From: Epiperipatus broadwayi
Lineage: Eukaryota > Animalia > Onychophora
Assembly: GCA_028023455.1 (NCBI GenBank)
Contig: JAQFVV010000002.1
Coordinates: 11,036,001 to 11,100,000 of the forward strand
Direction: 5' to 3'
Length of the DNA stretch: 64,000 nt
The notes beneath the pieces were generated by a model. That model made no database searches and was not told the DNA's origin. It saw only the letters and a list, made by a program, of their open reading frames with translations. Below, in pieces: positions 40,581 through 53,995 of the stretch; the first letter of the stretch is position 1; the number at the start of each line of letters is the position of its first letter. A program made the position numbers and the translations under genes.

Positions 40581-41637
40581 ATGCAGTTTGAAAAGTTATA
40601 CTAATTTGCATATCATGAAACAGGATTCTTTGCAATAATAACTGTTTGAAATATGAATTATTAGTTGTTATTTTTGTTACTATCACCACAAAAAAATAAG
40701 AGAAATCACAATGATCCTGAATATGATGATACCTGTAAACTATCTTCCATTTGGAATTTTTTTAAAAACACACTAACTCCAATAATTGTTGATTTTTATA
40801 TTGTTTTTCTTTTATTTTATTAACTCAGTCCCAAATTTATCATTTAAATTTTTTCTCTTTGTTTTTTATTAGTTTAATCATTTTACACATTAATGCTTAG
40901 AATTCCTTTACAAAGATTTTTATAACAACATTCATTGCCCAGTCGATAGCTGGTGTAACCTAGCCTAAACATCAGTATGATAATACTTTGAACCCAGATA
41001 ATATATAATTTAAATACTTATTGTATTACATAAATTATTAATTAATTATAAATTTACAATACAATATTGACTTATAAAGGAAAAAAAATCTAAAAAATAG
41101 AATCATGTGAATCTTAATATTGTTGTTCTGAGTCAACAGAAATTTCTTTTTCTTGATGCTCCCTTGTAGATATTAACTCCATTTAAACAATTCGTACATT
41201 TTTATAGATTTAAAAAAGGGTGGTTATATATAATTTATGGTTATAGGTATTAGTCTGCTAATGTGTATACAAGCCTTTTAGGAGGGCAATTTTTACTTTT
41301 TTTAATTGCTTTATTTTCTAATTTAATTTTCTATTTTATTTTTTCTTTTAAATTTCCTGAAGGTCAGGTCAGAATTATCCAGTAATGAAAATTGACTTTT
41401 TTTTAGTAGTATGGATATATTTGATATTGAAGGTATTTGTATTGCAACTTCTAGATACAATTTGAAAGTTGTTTACTATGTTAATGAAGTCTTCTGTATT
41501 TATTGTTATTAACCATAAATTTATTGCCTTTTTTATTTTGATCATATTTTATATTTGGTGTAAGATATTGAAGAAAAAATGATTTTATTGTAAGCTTCAT
41601 TGCTATTATATTTATATATTGGAATATTTCTATTATC

Positions 41638-42628
41638 TAATATTAAATAATGAATGTCTTTAGAAAAAATTAACTTTATTTAAATATTCCAATTACATTC
41701 AACTGTAATAGCACAAAGGTTGATATTTGTACAATGTTTTAAGAGTTGTTATTCTCCTCTCTTCTTCACATGTTGCTGGCCTGATTAGTGATAGTACTAG
41801 CATGTAAATTGAACTTGGATCCTTAATCCTTAGATTCTTGAATATTCAATTGTAATATAATGCTCTAACCCAGGGGTGGGCAATTGTTTTGGCTCAGGGG
41901 CCACAGAGGTTGGCAGAGGGCCGCATTGAGGGCCACTTTGTGGAAGCGAAGTTTAGCGGAGGGTCACACTTTTTTTTCATGACACAATAAACACACTGCT
42001 TTATTCCCTGTATTACCAAAGAAATATTTGTTCATTCTTCATTAAACACATGATATTCATCACTGATTTTACATTTTTTCAGAGGGTTCATGGTTTCACT
42101 AAAGTTGGAAATGTATATATTTGCTAATGCAAAGACAAAATTGAAAGTAACCAGATCAACTGGAAAAGCACTGCACATCATATCTACACTGCACATGTGT
42201 ATTGATCTGGCCATCATAGTGGAAAATACGAGATGAATCTTCAGTCACACACAAAAAAGAAATCTCAGTTCAAGGCAGATTTTTCTGATTGTCTTGGAGG
42301 GCCGCATAAAACCTCTTAGGGGCTGCATGTGGCCCCAGGGCCGCTATTTCTAACCAACTGAGCCATTCTGCCAAAGATAGAAAAAAATTAAAAGCCTTTG
42401 ACAGAATTGCTCAATTGGTTAGAGCATTACCTTAAAATTCAATGTTCAAGAATTTAAGGATCCAGGTTCGATTTCCATGCTAGTACTGTCACTGGTAAGA
42501 CCAGCAACAACTGAAAAAGAGAGAATAATCCCTCTCAAACATTGTGCATATACTAACCTGTGTGTTATTATTAACAGTTGAATGTAATAAAGTTATTTTT
42601 TTCTAAAAACATTCAATACTTAATATTA
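41638..42628. mobile_element. Inverted dimer of a tRNA-derived SINE-like element with a degenerate hammerhead-like motif; left arm interrupted by a hAT derivative
   Basis: Arms 41638-42376 (minus hAT) and 42396-42628. A-box t(g/t)gctca(g/a)ttgg, B-box ggttcgatttcc (42465-76), then ctgaaaa-agagag..ctctc-aaac (42511-40). Confidence 0.7.
41871..42346 (-). mobile_element. Internally deleted hAT (Charlie/GTF2IRD2-like) element
   Basis: Starts CAGGGGTGGGCAA. Minus-strand KKCKISDEYHVFNEE resembles the N-terminus of this transposase type. The right TIR is missing; tctaacc is repeated on both sides. Confidence 0.6.
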
Positions 42629-42879
42629 AATGATTAAATATTTACTTCATTAGGATGTAATCTATAAAATATATATGTGCTTGGGGCACAGATAATGAAG
42701 TTAATAAAAGCAAATTTTTTTATACTCTGCAATTTAATGAGATGAGCACTTTAGGGAAGCTTTATGCTCCCATAATCATAGCTACCCCTGTGTGGAGAAT
42801 TATACAAAAGCAATATGGAAATATATGCAAATTAATGTGAAGTGATTAAAGTGGTCCTTTTCGCATAAGAGAAAAACAT

Positions 42880-43870
42880 GCATCTCATCTATTGATTGAT
42901 GTTGGATCACTTGCTATATAGCATGTTTCTTTTACCTTCTGTTTGGTGTTATTTCTTTCAGAACAAACAACAATTGCTATAGTTAGTTGGAAAGCGTGGC
43001 CGATGGCCCTTCCATGTTCAGCAAAAATTGAATTACCTTTTAGTTTAGTTATAGTCTTATTATAAAGATATTTCTGCTGTGCTATTCTGGTTGCAATGTT
43101 AGTCCTGGTTTCTCTGTAATATAATGCTTGTCAGTGTTTCTGGGGGCATGTGATTTTATAAATGACTTGAGGTGTTAGTTCAGATGTGATTTTATCTTTG
43201 GTATTGTTGATGAGTCTATTGTTATTGGATAGTGATTGATAAGTGACTTCAAAGTCATGAGAGAGTTTGTTGATAAGATGTTTAGCTATTGAGTGGATGA
43301 ATGGAATGAGAATGCATGGTTGCTTTCTTTCTTGTGATTGTGGTTTATTTTATAGAAAAATTTATTCACTCTCCTGTTGATAAAGGATGAAGTGTGCACC
43401 ATTTTTACTAACTCTGTGATGTACTGGTTGAGATTGTTTCTTTTGTTAGCTCCATGTTTACATAAGCTATGGTTCTTAAAGAGAAATGATGAAAGGGCTG
43501 CTAGCTTGTGTGAATGGGGTGCATAGTCCAATCTAAAATACAATCATCACAAATCTTCAGGAATTCATTGTTATTGATTTATTTCTATTTAAATTAGATT
43601 CTGTCAATTTTTTGCATTGATGGGCTTGTAGTTTTTAGGTCCATAAAGTTTGTAGAGTTTATTTATACAATCTTTGATTAAATATGTTCTAATCTTGCAT
43701 ACGAAGCAAAAATGTGAAATTTTTCTGCAAACAATTGTTAGTGGAGTTATCTCTGTCTGTGGCATGTAGACTAGGATTATCCAAATGATTAATATCTTTA
43801 TTAATGAAAAGTAAAAATAGCAATGGCTATGAACTCTGGTACTCATGCTCCTTTTTTATAAAGGACATTT
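42880..43870 (-). mobile_element. Penelope-like element remnant: RT thumb and GIY-YIG endonuclease
   Basis: Minus frame QVIYKITCPQKH*QALYYRETRTNIATRIAQ...SIFAEHGRAIGHAF...ERNNTKQKVKETCYI...SINR* (43170-42883), preceded by LDYAPHSHKLAALSSFL..HSLCK...FINRRVNK (PLE RT thumb-like). Confidence 0.75.
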
Positions 43871-45357
43871 GAAATTAAAACTTTACCATATTTTTCTAAG
43901 AACAATTTTAAATCAGAAACTATAAAATTTATATGATAGTTTTGATTTGTTCTGACAAAAGACAGACACATTCATTTCGCATGGAAATATTGTTTTATTA
44001 TTTAAATATTGGATATGTTTCTGAACAATTACTTTAAGTAAAATTGTGAAAATCTAAAACAATGTATCTGTTGTTAAAATGATCTATGATTTTATAGACT
44101 TTGCTCCATAATTTTTACCATTAGAATAATGTAATATTTCTTTAAAATTGAAATATTTATATCTGTAATAAAAATTAAAGGCATATTTTATAAAAGATTT
44201 TACAAGTAATTGAGAAATTATAAAGTATTCATTCATCATAATAGAAGTATGTATTATTTGAATAATATATTTTATTTATTATAATTGTTAGTCCCTTTAT
44301 AATCGTTGTTATAAAGAAAAATATCAGTAATATCTTTAGCAGATAACAAATAATAGTTTAATCATTATTAGGTTTAAATCTATTGCATAGTCGCTAACTA
44401 TCTTTATTAACTCATTTGTTTTATCAATTTAAATTATTTTTTGAATTATTTTCATGATTTTTTTTAAAACACTGAAAGATTTAGAATTTATCAATTTAGA
44501 TTAGCAATTTTAGGTCAGAATTGTTATGTAAAGTCATTATATTAAAAATAATAAAATATCTTTGGAAATTTAGTTTTTTTATTTTGTTAAGCACACATGA
44601 AAATAATTAATTCGATTACTTTTTACAATAATATTACGATTTAAAACATAAAAAATATTAATTAAAATAAGAATTCTTCAAGGAAATAAATTTTATTATA
44701 TTCTGTTAAGAAAGATAATCAATTTAATAGTATAATCATTTTTATTCTTGATTGGTAATTTCAAAACAAAATAGACTGAGGAATAACATTTTTTCTTTCC
44801 ATTATTTTAATAAACAATTTGATTAATTATGTAATTGGTAAGTTATGTGTTTGGCAAATCATTAATACAAAACACATTAAATTTTAAGAACTGAAAAAAA
44901 AAAGGAAAAGGAATTAACTTTTATTATATTCTTTTAGAAAATATAACAAAATTTAATCATGTAATCATTTTTGGTTCTCCATTTATTATTTCTAATTAAA
45001 GTAGATTGACAGACAACATTATTTTCATACATGTTGCTTTAGTAAGTAATTTGATTAATTATGTTTTTTAATTGAAGCTGCTTATGAGACACAAACCTTT
45101 TCTCTTTTTAACTCAGGGTTCCCTTTGAGTGTAAAATCTCTAATGACTACTAAGTCTCACACTTCCTTAATTAGTTAATATTCTGTATATTTTATATAAA
45201 CTTGTTTGATAATGGTTCTAAATAATTACAGATATACAAATTGTCAAAGCTTTTCTTTAAATGATAACTTAATATGCCATTAATAATATTTTATTAATTT
45301 GTTTGCACATATAATGTAATAATAATAGTATAACAATAATTATGTTAAAATTTATAT

Positions 45358-45772
45358 ATGTTACCAGTTATTTCTGGATATGAGACTTGGCCATCTAACA
45401 GAAGAGCAATATAGAGATTTCAGCCCACTAAATAAAGGATAGAAAATGTAGCTAGGAAATAAGAAGGGATCAAATGCAAATGATAAAAAACAGGTATTAT
45501 TGATGTCATTGAAGAATTAAGGGACTGAACTGAATCTGGGCATGGAACAGTTGATTAAAGATGGATATTGGAAACTTTAAATTGAAGCTAAGAAATTGCA
45601 AAAAGCCTACAAAGTGACTATATGTGCAATCGATAGATGAAACAAGGAAATTTATTAGTGTGACATAGAAAAGAGAGGCTACAGATTAGAAACACTTCAT
45701 TAAACTTGGAAAAATCTTTACTGTCACTATCAGTAGATTGATAATCATTGAAGTGATGATGATTATGATAAT
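45358..45772 (+). mobile_element. Decayed 3' fragment of RTE LINE
   Basis: ggatatgagacttgg...cagtagattgataatc..gatgatgat is homologous to 48160-48570. Confidence 0.7.
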
Positions 45773-46169
45773 TGTGTCAAGGTTTATATCTTAGATTTTT
45801 TAAATTCTTGCCAGATTAATCCTTATATAGCATTTATTATCCCTTATATTAAGATTACCTGTTAGATTTTTAACATTTATAATTCCTTATTTTGAGATTA
45901 TCTGATATTTGGTATCAAAAACTTTAATTGAAGTTATTAAACTTTAAAAATGCACATTAAAAACATAATTAAAATCTGAATTCAAATTTTATCTTTGAAT
46001 TTCATTTACAGTTAATTATATAATTGGTTTACTAATACAATCAGAATACTTCAGTTGGAAGTGCAGCATGCCTTTGGCTTTTCTTCACTTTCCTTTGACC
46101 ACTTATAATGCTATTTTGTTGGTTTTGCATTCCTTTGAGAATAAAAATTAGAATTAAAATATATATTAA

Positions 46170-48572
46170 TTTATTAGAAGAAAATAAAAGTCTAAAGAAT
46201 GTAAAACAACATTTTGGTATTGGTAGGAAATTTATATCTGCAATAAGCAAAAAAAGATGGCATTATTACTAAAAAGAGAGATGACATCATGAAATGTGTA
46301 GAAGACTTCTATCAAGAATTATATAGTAATAAAGAACAAGTACCTCCTATACCTATTATATCTTCTGAATTGCCCAGAATTTTGAATGAGGAGGTGAGAC
46401 ATGCAATTAAATTTATGAAGAAAGGGAACGCTCCAGGTAATGATGGAATTATAATTGATATATTAAAAGAAGCAAGTGAAGAAATAGAAATTTTTTTAGC
46501 AAAGTTATATTCTAAATGTCTAAATGATAAAGATGTACCAGATGATTGGAAGAATGCGGTATTAATATTAATATTTAAAAAAGATGATAAAGAAGATATT
46601 AGAAATTACACACCTATCAGTCTTTTATCAGTTTTATACAAAATTTTTACTAAAATAATTACAACTCGTCTACAGAGAACACTGGACTTCCACCAACAAA
46701 GAGAACAAGCTGGATTTAAAAGTGGTTTTAGTACAGTAGATCATATCCAGGTATTGAGAGAAGTTATAGAAAGAACAAATGAATATGAGTTGCCATTATG
46801 CTTAGGATTTGTATATTATGAAAAGGCATTTGATTCTATAAATATTTCTTCAGTGATTAAAGCATTGGATCATCAAGGTATAGATCCAGGATATTGTCAT
46901 ATTTTAAAGAATATTTATAAAAATGCAACAGCAACAATTCGATTACATAATGATAGTAATAAATTTAATCAGCCATTTAAGCTATTGTGCCCTTTTTCAC
47001 GAGTGTTAAATAATAATAAATGAGTACTTCCGCTTACAACACAAGATATAGTATTTATGAAAGAATAAAATGAATCCACTTATTCAATCCAACCCAAATG
47101 CTTATATATGGGCAAATCTTAAGTACTGTAAGTGAAAGTGTGAGGATAGACTACTCACTTTAAACCACTGTTTACGATATCTGAATGAATGACGCCAATG
47201 AAATTATTTAGAATTTACTAGATGTCACTCACAAATGAAACTCTTAAACATATGTAAATAAATATTTATTTTTTAGCGCTGTTTCTAATTGTAATAAATT
47301 TAATTAGTCATTTAAGAGTTTCATTTGTGAGTGACGTCTAGTAAATTCTAGATAATTTCATTGGCGTCATTCATTCAGATATCGTAAACAGTGGTTTAAA
47401 GTGAATAGTCTATCCTCACACTTTCACTTACAGTACTTAAGATTTGCCCATATATAAGCATTTGGGTTGGATTGAATAAGTGGATTCATTTTATTCTTTC
47501 CTAAATACTATATCTTGTGTTGTAAGCAGAAGTACTCATTTATTATTATTTAACACTCGTGAAAAAGCGCACAATAGCTTAAATGGCTGATTAAATTTAT
47601 TACAATTAGAAACAGTGCTAAAAATAAATGTTTATTTACATAATGATAGTAGGAAAGTCAACATTGAGAAGGGTGTAAGACAGGGTGACTCCATATCTCC
47701 AAAACTTTTTACAGCAGTGCTGCAAGAAGTATTTTGTGGATTAAAATGGGAAGCTAAAGGAGTGAAAGTAAATGGAGATTATTTAAGTCATTTAGATTTT
47801 GCAGATGATGTAGTTGTTTTTGCAAATAATGCTTTAGAGTTACAGCAAATATTGCAGGAGTTATCAGATGAAAGTAGGAAAGTAGGACTAAAGATAAATG
47901 TTGAAAAGACTAAAGTAATGTTTAATAGATTTTCTCAAAATATGAAAATAAAGATTGATTATGATGAATTAGAAGAAGTTAACAGTTACAAATACCTTGG
48001 TCAGATTATTAATACAGATGGAAACATAATGGATGAAATTAATCATAGAATTAAACTTGGTTGGAGTGCTTTTGGTAGAAATAACTTGATACTAAAAGGA
48101 AATATGCCTATGTGTTTGAAAAGGAAGGTTTTTAATAAATGTGTTTTGCCAGTTCTTACTTATGGATCTGAGACTTGGACACTTAATAGAAGAGCAATAC
48201 AGAGACTTCAAACCACTCAAAGGAGTATGGAGAGATGCATGTTGGGAGTAACAAGAAGAGGTCGAAAATGCAATGTATGGGTAAGAGAACAAATAGGTGT
48301 TACTGATCTTGAAAAAATTAAAAGACTGAAGTGGAGTTGGGCTGGACATATTGCTAGAAGAGATGATAATAGATGGACAATTGGAATTTTAAACTGGATT
48401 CCAAGAGATTATAAAAGACCCAGAAAGAGAACACATGTGAGATGGATGGATGAAATAAGAAAGTTTGCAGGGGTGATGTGGAGAAGAGAAGCTAAAGATC
48501 GGAAAAGATGGATTGAACTTGGAGAGACCTTCATTCTACAGTGGATTGATAATGGTTGATGATGATGATGAT
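46170..48572 (+). mobile_element. Young 5'-truncated RTE LINE; RT ORF split by the 46959-47635 insertion
   Basis: ORFs 46289-46958 and 47636-48559 rejoin in frame (RLHNDS|RKVNIEKGVRQGDSISPKLF...LDFADD), about 525 codons from 46289. (GAT)n tail. Motif FVDYEKAFD reads FVYYEKAFD here. Confidence 0.95.
46959..47635. mobile_element. Near-perfect 293-bp-arm palindromic insertion with 32-nt right tail and 16-bp TSD
   Basis: Arms 46956-47248 and 47311-47603 differ at 6 positions. ttacataatgatagta occurs at 46943-46958 and 47636-47651. Confidence 0.92.
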
Positions 48573-50820
48573 TAGTTCAAAAAAATCTGAAGATGTCAGT
48601 ATTGTATTAAGTACAATGTCACTGATTGATCTTGGGCTTTAAGAGCATTTGTAAAAATAATTGGAAATTCCCCATATTATCTTTACAAATATGAAAAAAT
48701 GGTATATTTTCCATAATTTAATTAAATACTTATGCAAAGTTTTACAAAATATTTGTATAATAATTATTTAAAAGCAAATATTTCCATAATTACACTTAGA
48801 TTTGTTATTTTTAAAAATGGAAGTTAAGAAATATGTGATGATGATAAGAACAAATATATAATCAATAATACTTTTAGAAATAAGATAGTACAAAAATTTT
48901 ACATTTTAATAATTATAAATATAATGATAAATTGTAGAAGAGAATTTTATAGTCTAATTTTAATAAATATTTAATATTGGGTAATTAGGTATTATATGTA
49001 AAGTAATTATAGAAAATAATAGCAATAAAATTTATAACTGATTTAAAATCAACAGCTATAGAAATAAACTTAACATACCTTAATATATCAACAATCTTTT
49101 ATTACTATAAAGAATAATAAAATATATACTGAAGCATCAAGAAGCAAATACTTGGCATATAATAAGTATGATTATTATGTTTTTTAAAATGATCTTTCTG
49201 TTATATTCATTTTCCAGCCTAATTTAATAAATACTCTAATCGTCACAATATATCTGCATATGAAACTAGTTTAAAAGCAAGAATCCATCATTCTGAAATG
49301 ATATAATGTTAAAAATGATATATATGTTATAGGAAAAATTCTCATTGAGAAAGCACTTTGTGGAACTCAATGAAGATAATTTTTCAAAAAATAACACAGA
49401 TCTATTTGGATAAGATCTTTAAAATATCTTTAAATATAATTCTTTTTTCCACAGAACTAGCCAGTAAAGGTGTTGTTGAGGCCTTTTATGACAATTTCTA
49501 AAACAGTAGTGTAGTGCATGCACTTTTATAATCTTTTTATTCATATATGTTTTTTTTTCCCGAAATTTTTATAGTGATAGAGAGTTCATACAATTTGCAA
49601 AAACATCTTGCCTCATTCTTGGCTTATTAATTTAGTAAATTTATTACTAGTAGATAGAAAAAAAGATATTGAGAATATTAAAATTACAAAATTTCTTTAA
49701 CAAGTGTAATGATAAATAAAAATATCATGTATTAGTTTATATCGTTAAAAAGGTATAATTCACCAGCCATAATTTAATGATTAACTTTGATATTAAGTCT
49801 CTAGCTACAATTATATGTTGATGAAGATTTAACTGATATTACAGGAAAAAAAAACGATTTTAGTAGATTCCTTGCAAAAAAAAATTCATAAAAATACATT
49901 GTATTGTTAATTAATTTTAAAATAATATAAATATGTTGCAGAACTTTTTATAGTTCACTTATATAATCACTGATATTTTTTATAATTGTTTTTTTTTTAA
50001 AAATTAAGTGTAAAATGCACATAACAAAAATTATCCTTCAATTTGGCTTAGACTGTAGAGAATATATTTTATATGTGGCTTTATAAAATGTATCAATTAG
50101 ATTTGTTTCTGATTTCTCTTAAGGATTGAGACTGTTACATAAGGTTTACTATGGAACTTGGAAAATAATATCTTTTTTTTTTTCTGAATGTTTTAATAAC
50201 ATTATTAAAAATCTGACAATATTCTTTTTTCAGAAAACTATGCACTCATTACTATTATGCTCATGTATTTTCTGTGACAAAAATCTTATTAATGTGGGAA
50301 TAACATCATAATCATTTAAAATAATATATGTTGTTAAAGATATTTTACTTATGAAAAGGTTCATAAAGACATGAATTATTAGTAAAGTTTTATATAGTAA
50401 TGTTGATATTATAAGAAAAAGAATAATAAATAAAATCCTTTTAAAAAAAAACAAAACATTTCTTCCATACATTAATTAAAGATATCATTGACAAGATTAA
50501 TGTATTTCTTTTTTAAATTTATCAACAATATATTATTTTTTATAAGCAAAACAGTTAAAAAAAATTTCTCAAAAAGATTAAAGATTAGTTGCACTTAGAA
50601 TATCAAGCATTTATATATACATGGTCTCAATTAATAACATTTTATTTTTATTTCAAATTGTTTAGCTATAGGTCACATCTCCAGTTTGGACAGCATTAAC
50701 ATATTAGCAAAATTTAAAAAAAGTATGATTTACGTATTAAAAGATAGTGTACAGAAATTATTAAAAAAAACAGTTTTACTTATATTGTTTTAATAAAAGT
50801 AAAGAAATACAGATAGTGCA

Positions 50821-51040
50821 TTAAAACAGGCAAAACTCTCCATACAGTAGTGTCACTCAGTGCCAACCAGAGTAATCAATGGATGCCAGAAGGATGAGTA
50901 GGCACTAGATGGGGATTTTATGCACAAGCCTTCTGCATCCATTGATTATTCTGGTTGGCACTGAGTGGCATTATTGCATGGAGAGTTTTGCCTGTTTTAA
51001 TAACAGCTATGTGCTAGCATAAGAAATGGTGATTATATTT
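50821..51040. mobile_element. Family-1 inverted dimer, short, tail on the right
   Basis: ttaaaacaggcaaaactctcc...ggagagttttgcctgttttaa, followed by taacagctatgtgctagcataagaaatggtga (family-1 tail). No hammerhead retained. Confidence 0.8.
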
Positions 51041-51372
51041 TTACTTTGAATTAATTATCCAAGAAATAAGTAGACTTTATCTATCACAAATTGAAATTTT
51101 AATTAAAAAAAAACAATGCACAAAAAGTTTATAAATGTCATCTAGTTTTATTATTATTTTGAAAATAATTGCAGCAAATCTCAATGATTCATTAACTCTA
51201 AAAAAAGAATAATGAACTTTTGTTGGAATTTTAACTATCACTATTGTGCCACATTTTTCTATAATTTTATATCACTGACATTTCTTATCAAAATCTTTTA
51301 ATGTTCCTCAAAACTGGTTTTTAAATATGAAATGTTATCACACTGTATATGTCTTTATCATTTTTTTTCTAG

Positions 51373-51568
51373 GTTTTAGTGGGTCATGAAGGAGTTGTTA
51401 GCTGTGTTGCAATATCTGACAGTAATGAATTTATAGTATCTGGATCTCATGATAAATCATTAATTCTTTGGAACTTGACCACTGGTGCCATACGACATGC
51501 TTTGGAAGGGCATACTGGTCATGTAACTTCAATCTGTGTTACTTATGATGGAAATGTAATTATATCAG
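51373..51568 (+). CDS. Internal coding exon of the same WD40-repeat gene
   Basis: Acceptor ttttttttctAG at 51371-72, donor GTaaaa at 51569. Reads VLVGHEGVVSCVAISDSNEFIVSGSHDKSLILWNLTTGAIRHALEGHTGHVTSICVTYDGNVIISG. Phase 0 in, continuing KLTQ|VLVGH; phase 1 out. The gene continues beyond both window ends. Confidence 0.93.
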
Positions 51569-53995
51569 GTAAAATGAATTACATATATCTGTTTATATTT
51601 TCAGACTTACAAAGCATTGCATCCATATACACATCTTTACATACCCCATTACAAGTAATGGACAGCTTTATCACAAATATTGAACAGGTTCTGCAGGGAA
51701 AGAATTTTTAATACTTCTTTTCAAATGATACTAGCATCTTTTCTTTCCATACTGAATTAGAAAATGTGTTTGTTTCTCATTATTTTGTGTAAATTTAAAA
51801 TTTTTAAATGACATTTGTCAATAGAGAATGTTTTGTAAGCAAAAAAATAATCAGATTATTTCCCTTGCTTGAGAGTTCCCTTGAACTTATGGCACTGAAG
51901 TAACAGAATTGATCCATGGTTCACAAATCTTGAGTTCCGTCCCACTCTACCACTACATTAAAATAAACAGGGCATTTATTTTGTATGATTTTTTAAAATA
52001 GTAAATGTATTTTTCCCTTCATCATGCAACTCTATCCAATACCAAGCACTATCTGAAACTATTGTGCTACCATGTTTAAACCCTTTTCCAATATAATCAT
52101 TATGCCTGTTTACCTAAGTTTTATTTTAATTTAACTTAATTCTTTATCTTATTCTGATCTCATATTTTAATTTAACTTTTTATACTTTTTAAAAAAAATT
52201 AGTTAATGTAATTGTCTTATTTGATAGCAATTATCCACTCTTCTCTCAATGATCGTGTTTTAATAATCAGGCCCCATGTTATTGGCACCAAATTGTGTAA
52301 TGAAATTGGACTCAAACTACTTCAAATCCAAAAATTGATGTGATGTTCCAATAGTTATCACTGGTAATCATTCTAATGCCATCTCTCAAAAATAATTTTA
52401 TTTCTTATTCTTTTGATAATCAATCATATCTTACATCCATACATGTATAGATTAACTAAAAAATATAGATACCACTTTTCTATAGTAAGTCTATTTTGGA
52501 TGAGGCACCATTCAATCACCATCACAATTACCCTGTTTACATGCTAGATAAAGACTCAGCCTGAGAACTTGCTTCTATCAAGATAAGATGGTGCATTGTT
52601 TATAATCATATGAGATCAAAACAACACAGTATAACTAAACTTTATTTATATTTATATTTAAAAAATCACATACATACTAATAAATAAATTACATATAACC
52701 TAACACATTATTTACAAATAATATATGAACCTCAAACAAAGAACAAAAAAATATTATTCAGAAAGAATGGGTATGAGTGTACACAACTATTAAATATGAT
52801 TTATATGCTGTTAAAATACTAATATAATGTTCTAGTTATTGCAATAATATACAATAATGAATGTTAGTATAATAATTTAATCAGCTCTATTCAATATAAT
52901 TTAAATATTATATTAATAACTATTAAACAGGTAGATAAATAGTAAAGCCTTCTAACACTAAAGATGTATATATTAATAACTTCCCATAGATTTGTTGATA
53001 ACTTCAGTTATTAATAAGCATGATTACACTAATTATTTTTTTTTAAAAAAGATTTGTCAAACTAATTCTTTAACTTTAATCACAGTTTATATAAATAGAA
53101 AGGATTTTTTCTTTTCTTTGTTGTAACTTTCTAGGCTGTGAGTTTCATTGTTTTCTTGATAAAAGAGGGAGAGAAAAAAAATCATCTTTTTGGTAATAAA
53201 AAAAAATACAATTTTTCCTAAGTCATATTTTAAAAGTAGTGATTGAGAGATTTATCAATGGTGATCTGTGGCTAAGAATCAGCTTATGAACTCAAATATT
53301 TTATCATTGGCACTCCTCAGGCTACATGGTTAGCATCCAGTAGACATATTTTAAAAAAATTAGCAGCATTTTGTTTGTTTTTCTGAAATACACTTAGGAG
53401 AAAACTAGTGGCATCATTGGTACTTTGGGATTAGCACTGTTGTAATCTTCTGGCCATAATTATTCTAATTTCGTAAATATATTTTCTTTGCTTCCTGAAA
53501 TATCATTTTAAATTTAGCAAACATTATATTTAAAAAATGAGAATTTGAATTCAAGTTAATTTTAACAGATTATTATGAATATAAACTTTATATTAAAAAA
53601 AATCTTAATTCGAGTTAATTAAAAAAAAAATATTATGAATGCGATATAAATAAAAACATTAATAAACAAAAGCAATTTTTAATGTTCAGTTTATTTAATT
53701 CAAATCTTTTATTTATATCATATTCTGTTATGTATGTGTGTGTATGTTTAAATACATACTCATAAAATGATTCATTATAATAGAATGATGATGTACATGT
53801 ATGTAAAATACATACACAGTAATTTAAAATTTTAATTTCTTAAATTTAAAATTTTAATTTCTTAAGTATAGTAAACTTAAATAAATTCTAATGGTATTCA
53901 TGATCAGAAAACATTAATTTCTAAGTAGTTGAAAAGAACCATTAGTTAAAAGTCTCTAGAGATAAGCAATGAAATTCTTTCAGTAAAAATATATA

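Noticed and set aside
42400-42480. tRNA-like segments (also 14172, 26570, 6751) as real tRNA genes
   Set aside because: They have A/B boxes but no complete cloverleaf or acceptor stem, and are embedded in repeats.
47170-47215. ctgaatga...gaaa in the young palindrome as a hammerhead
   Set aside because: The core has the wrong length and the stems do not close; ctgatta...gaaac at 47588 also fails (G8 absent, G at position 17).
48586-48630. CUGAAGAU followed by a long hairpin after the RTE tail
   Set aside because: No GAAA follows the stem, so it is not a hammerhead.
51569-51711. 3' extension of ORF 51379-51711
   Set aside because: WD40 similarity stops at a good GTaaaa donor at 51569; the rest is intron read-through.
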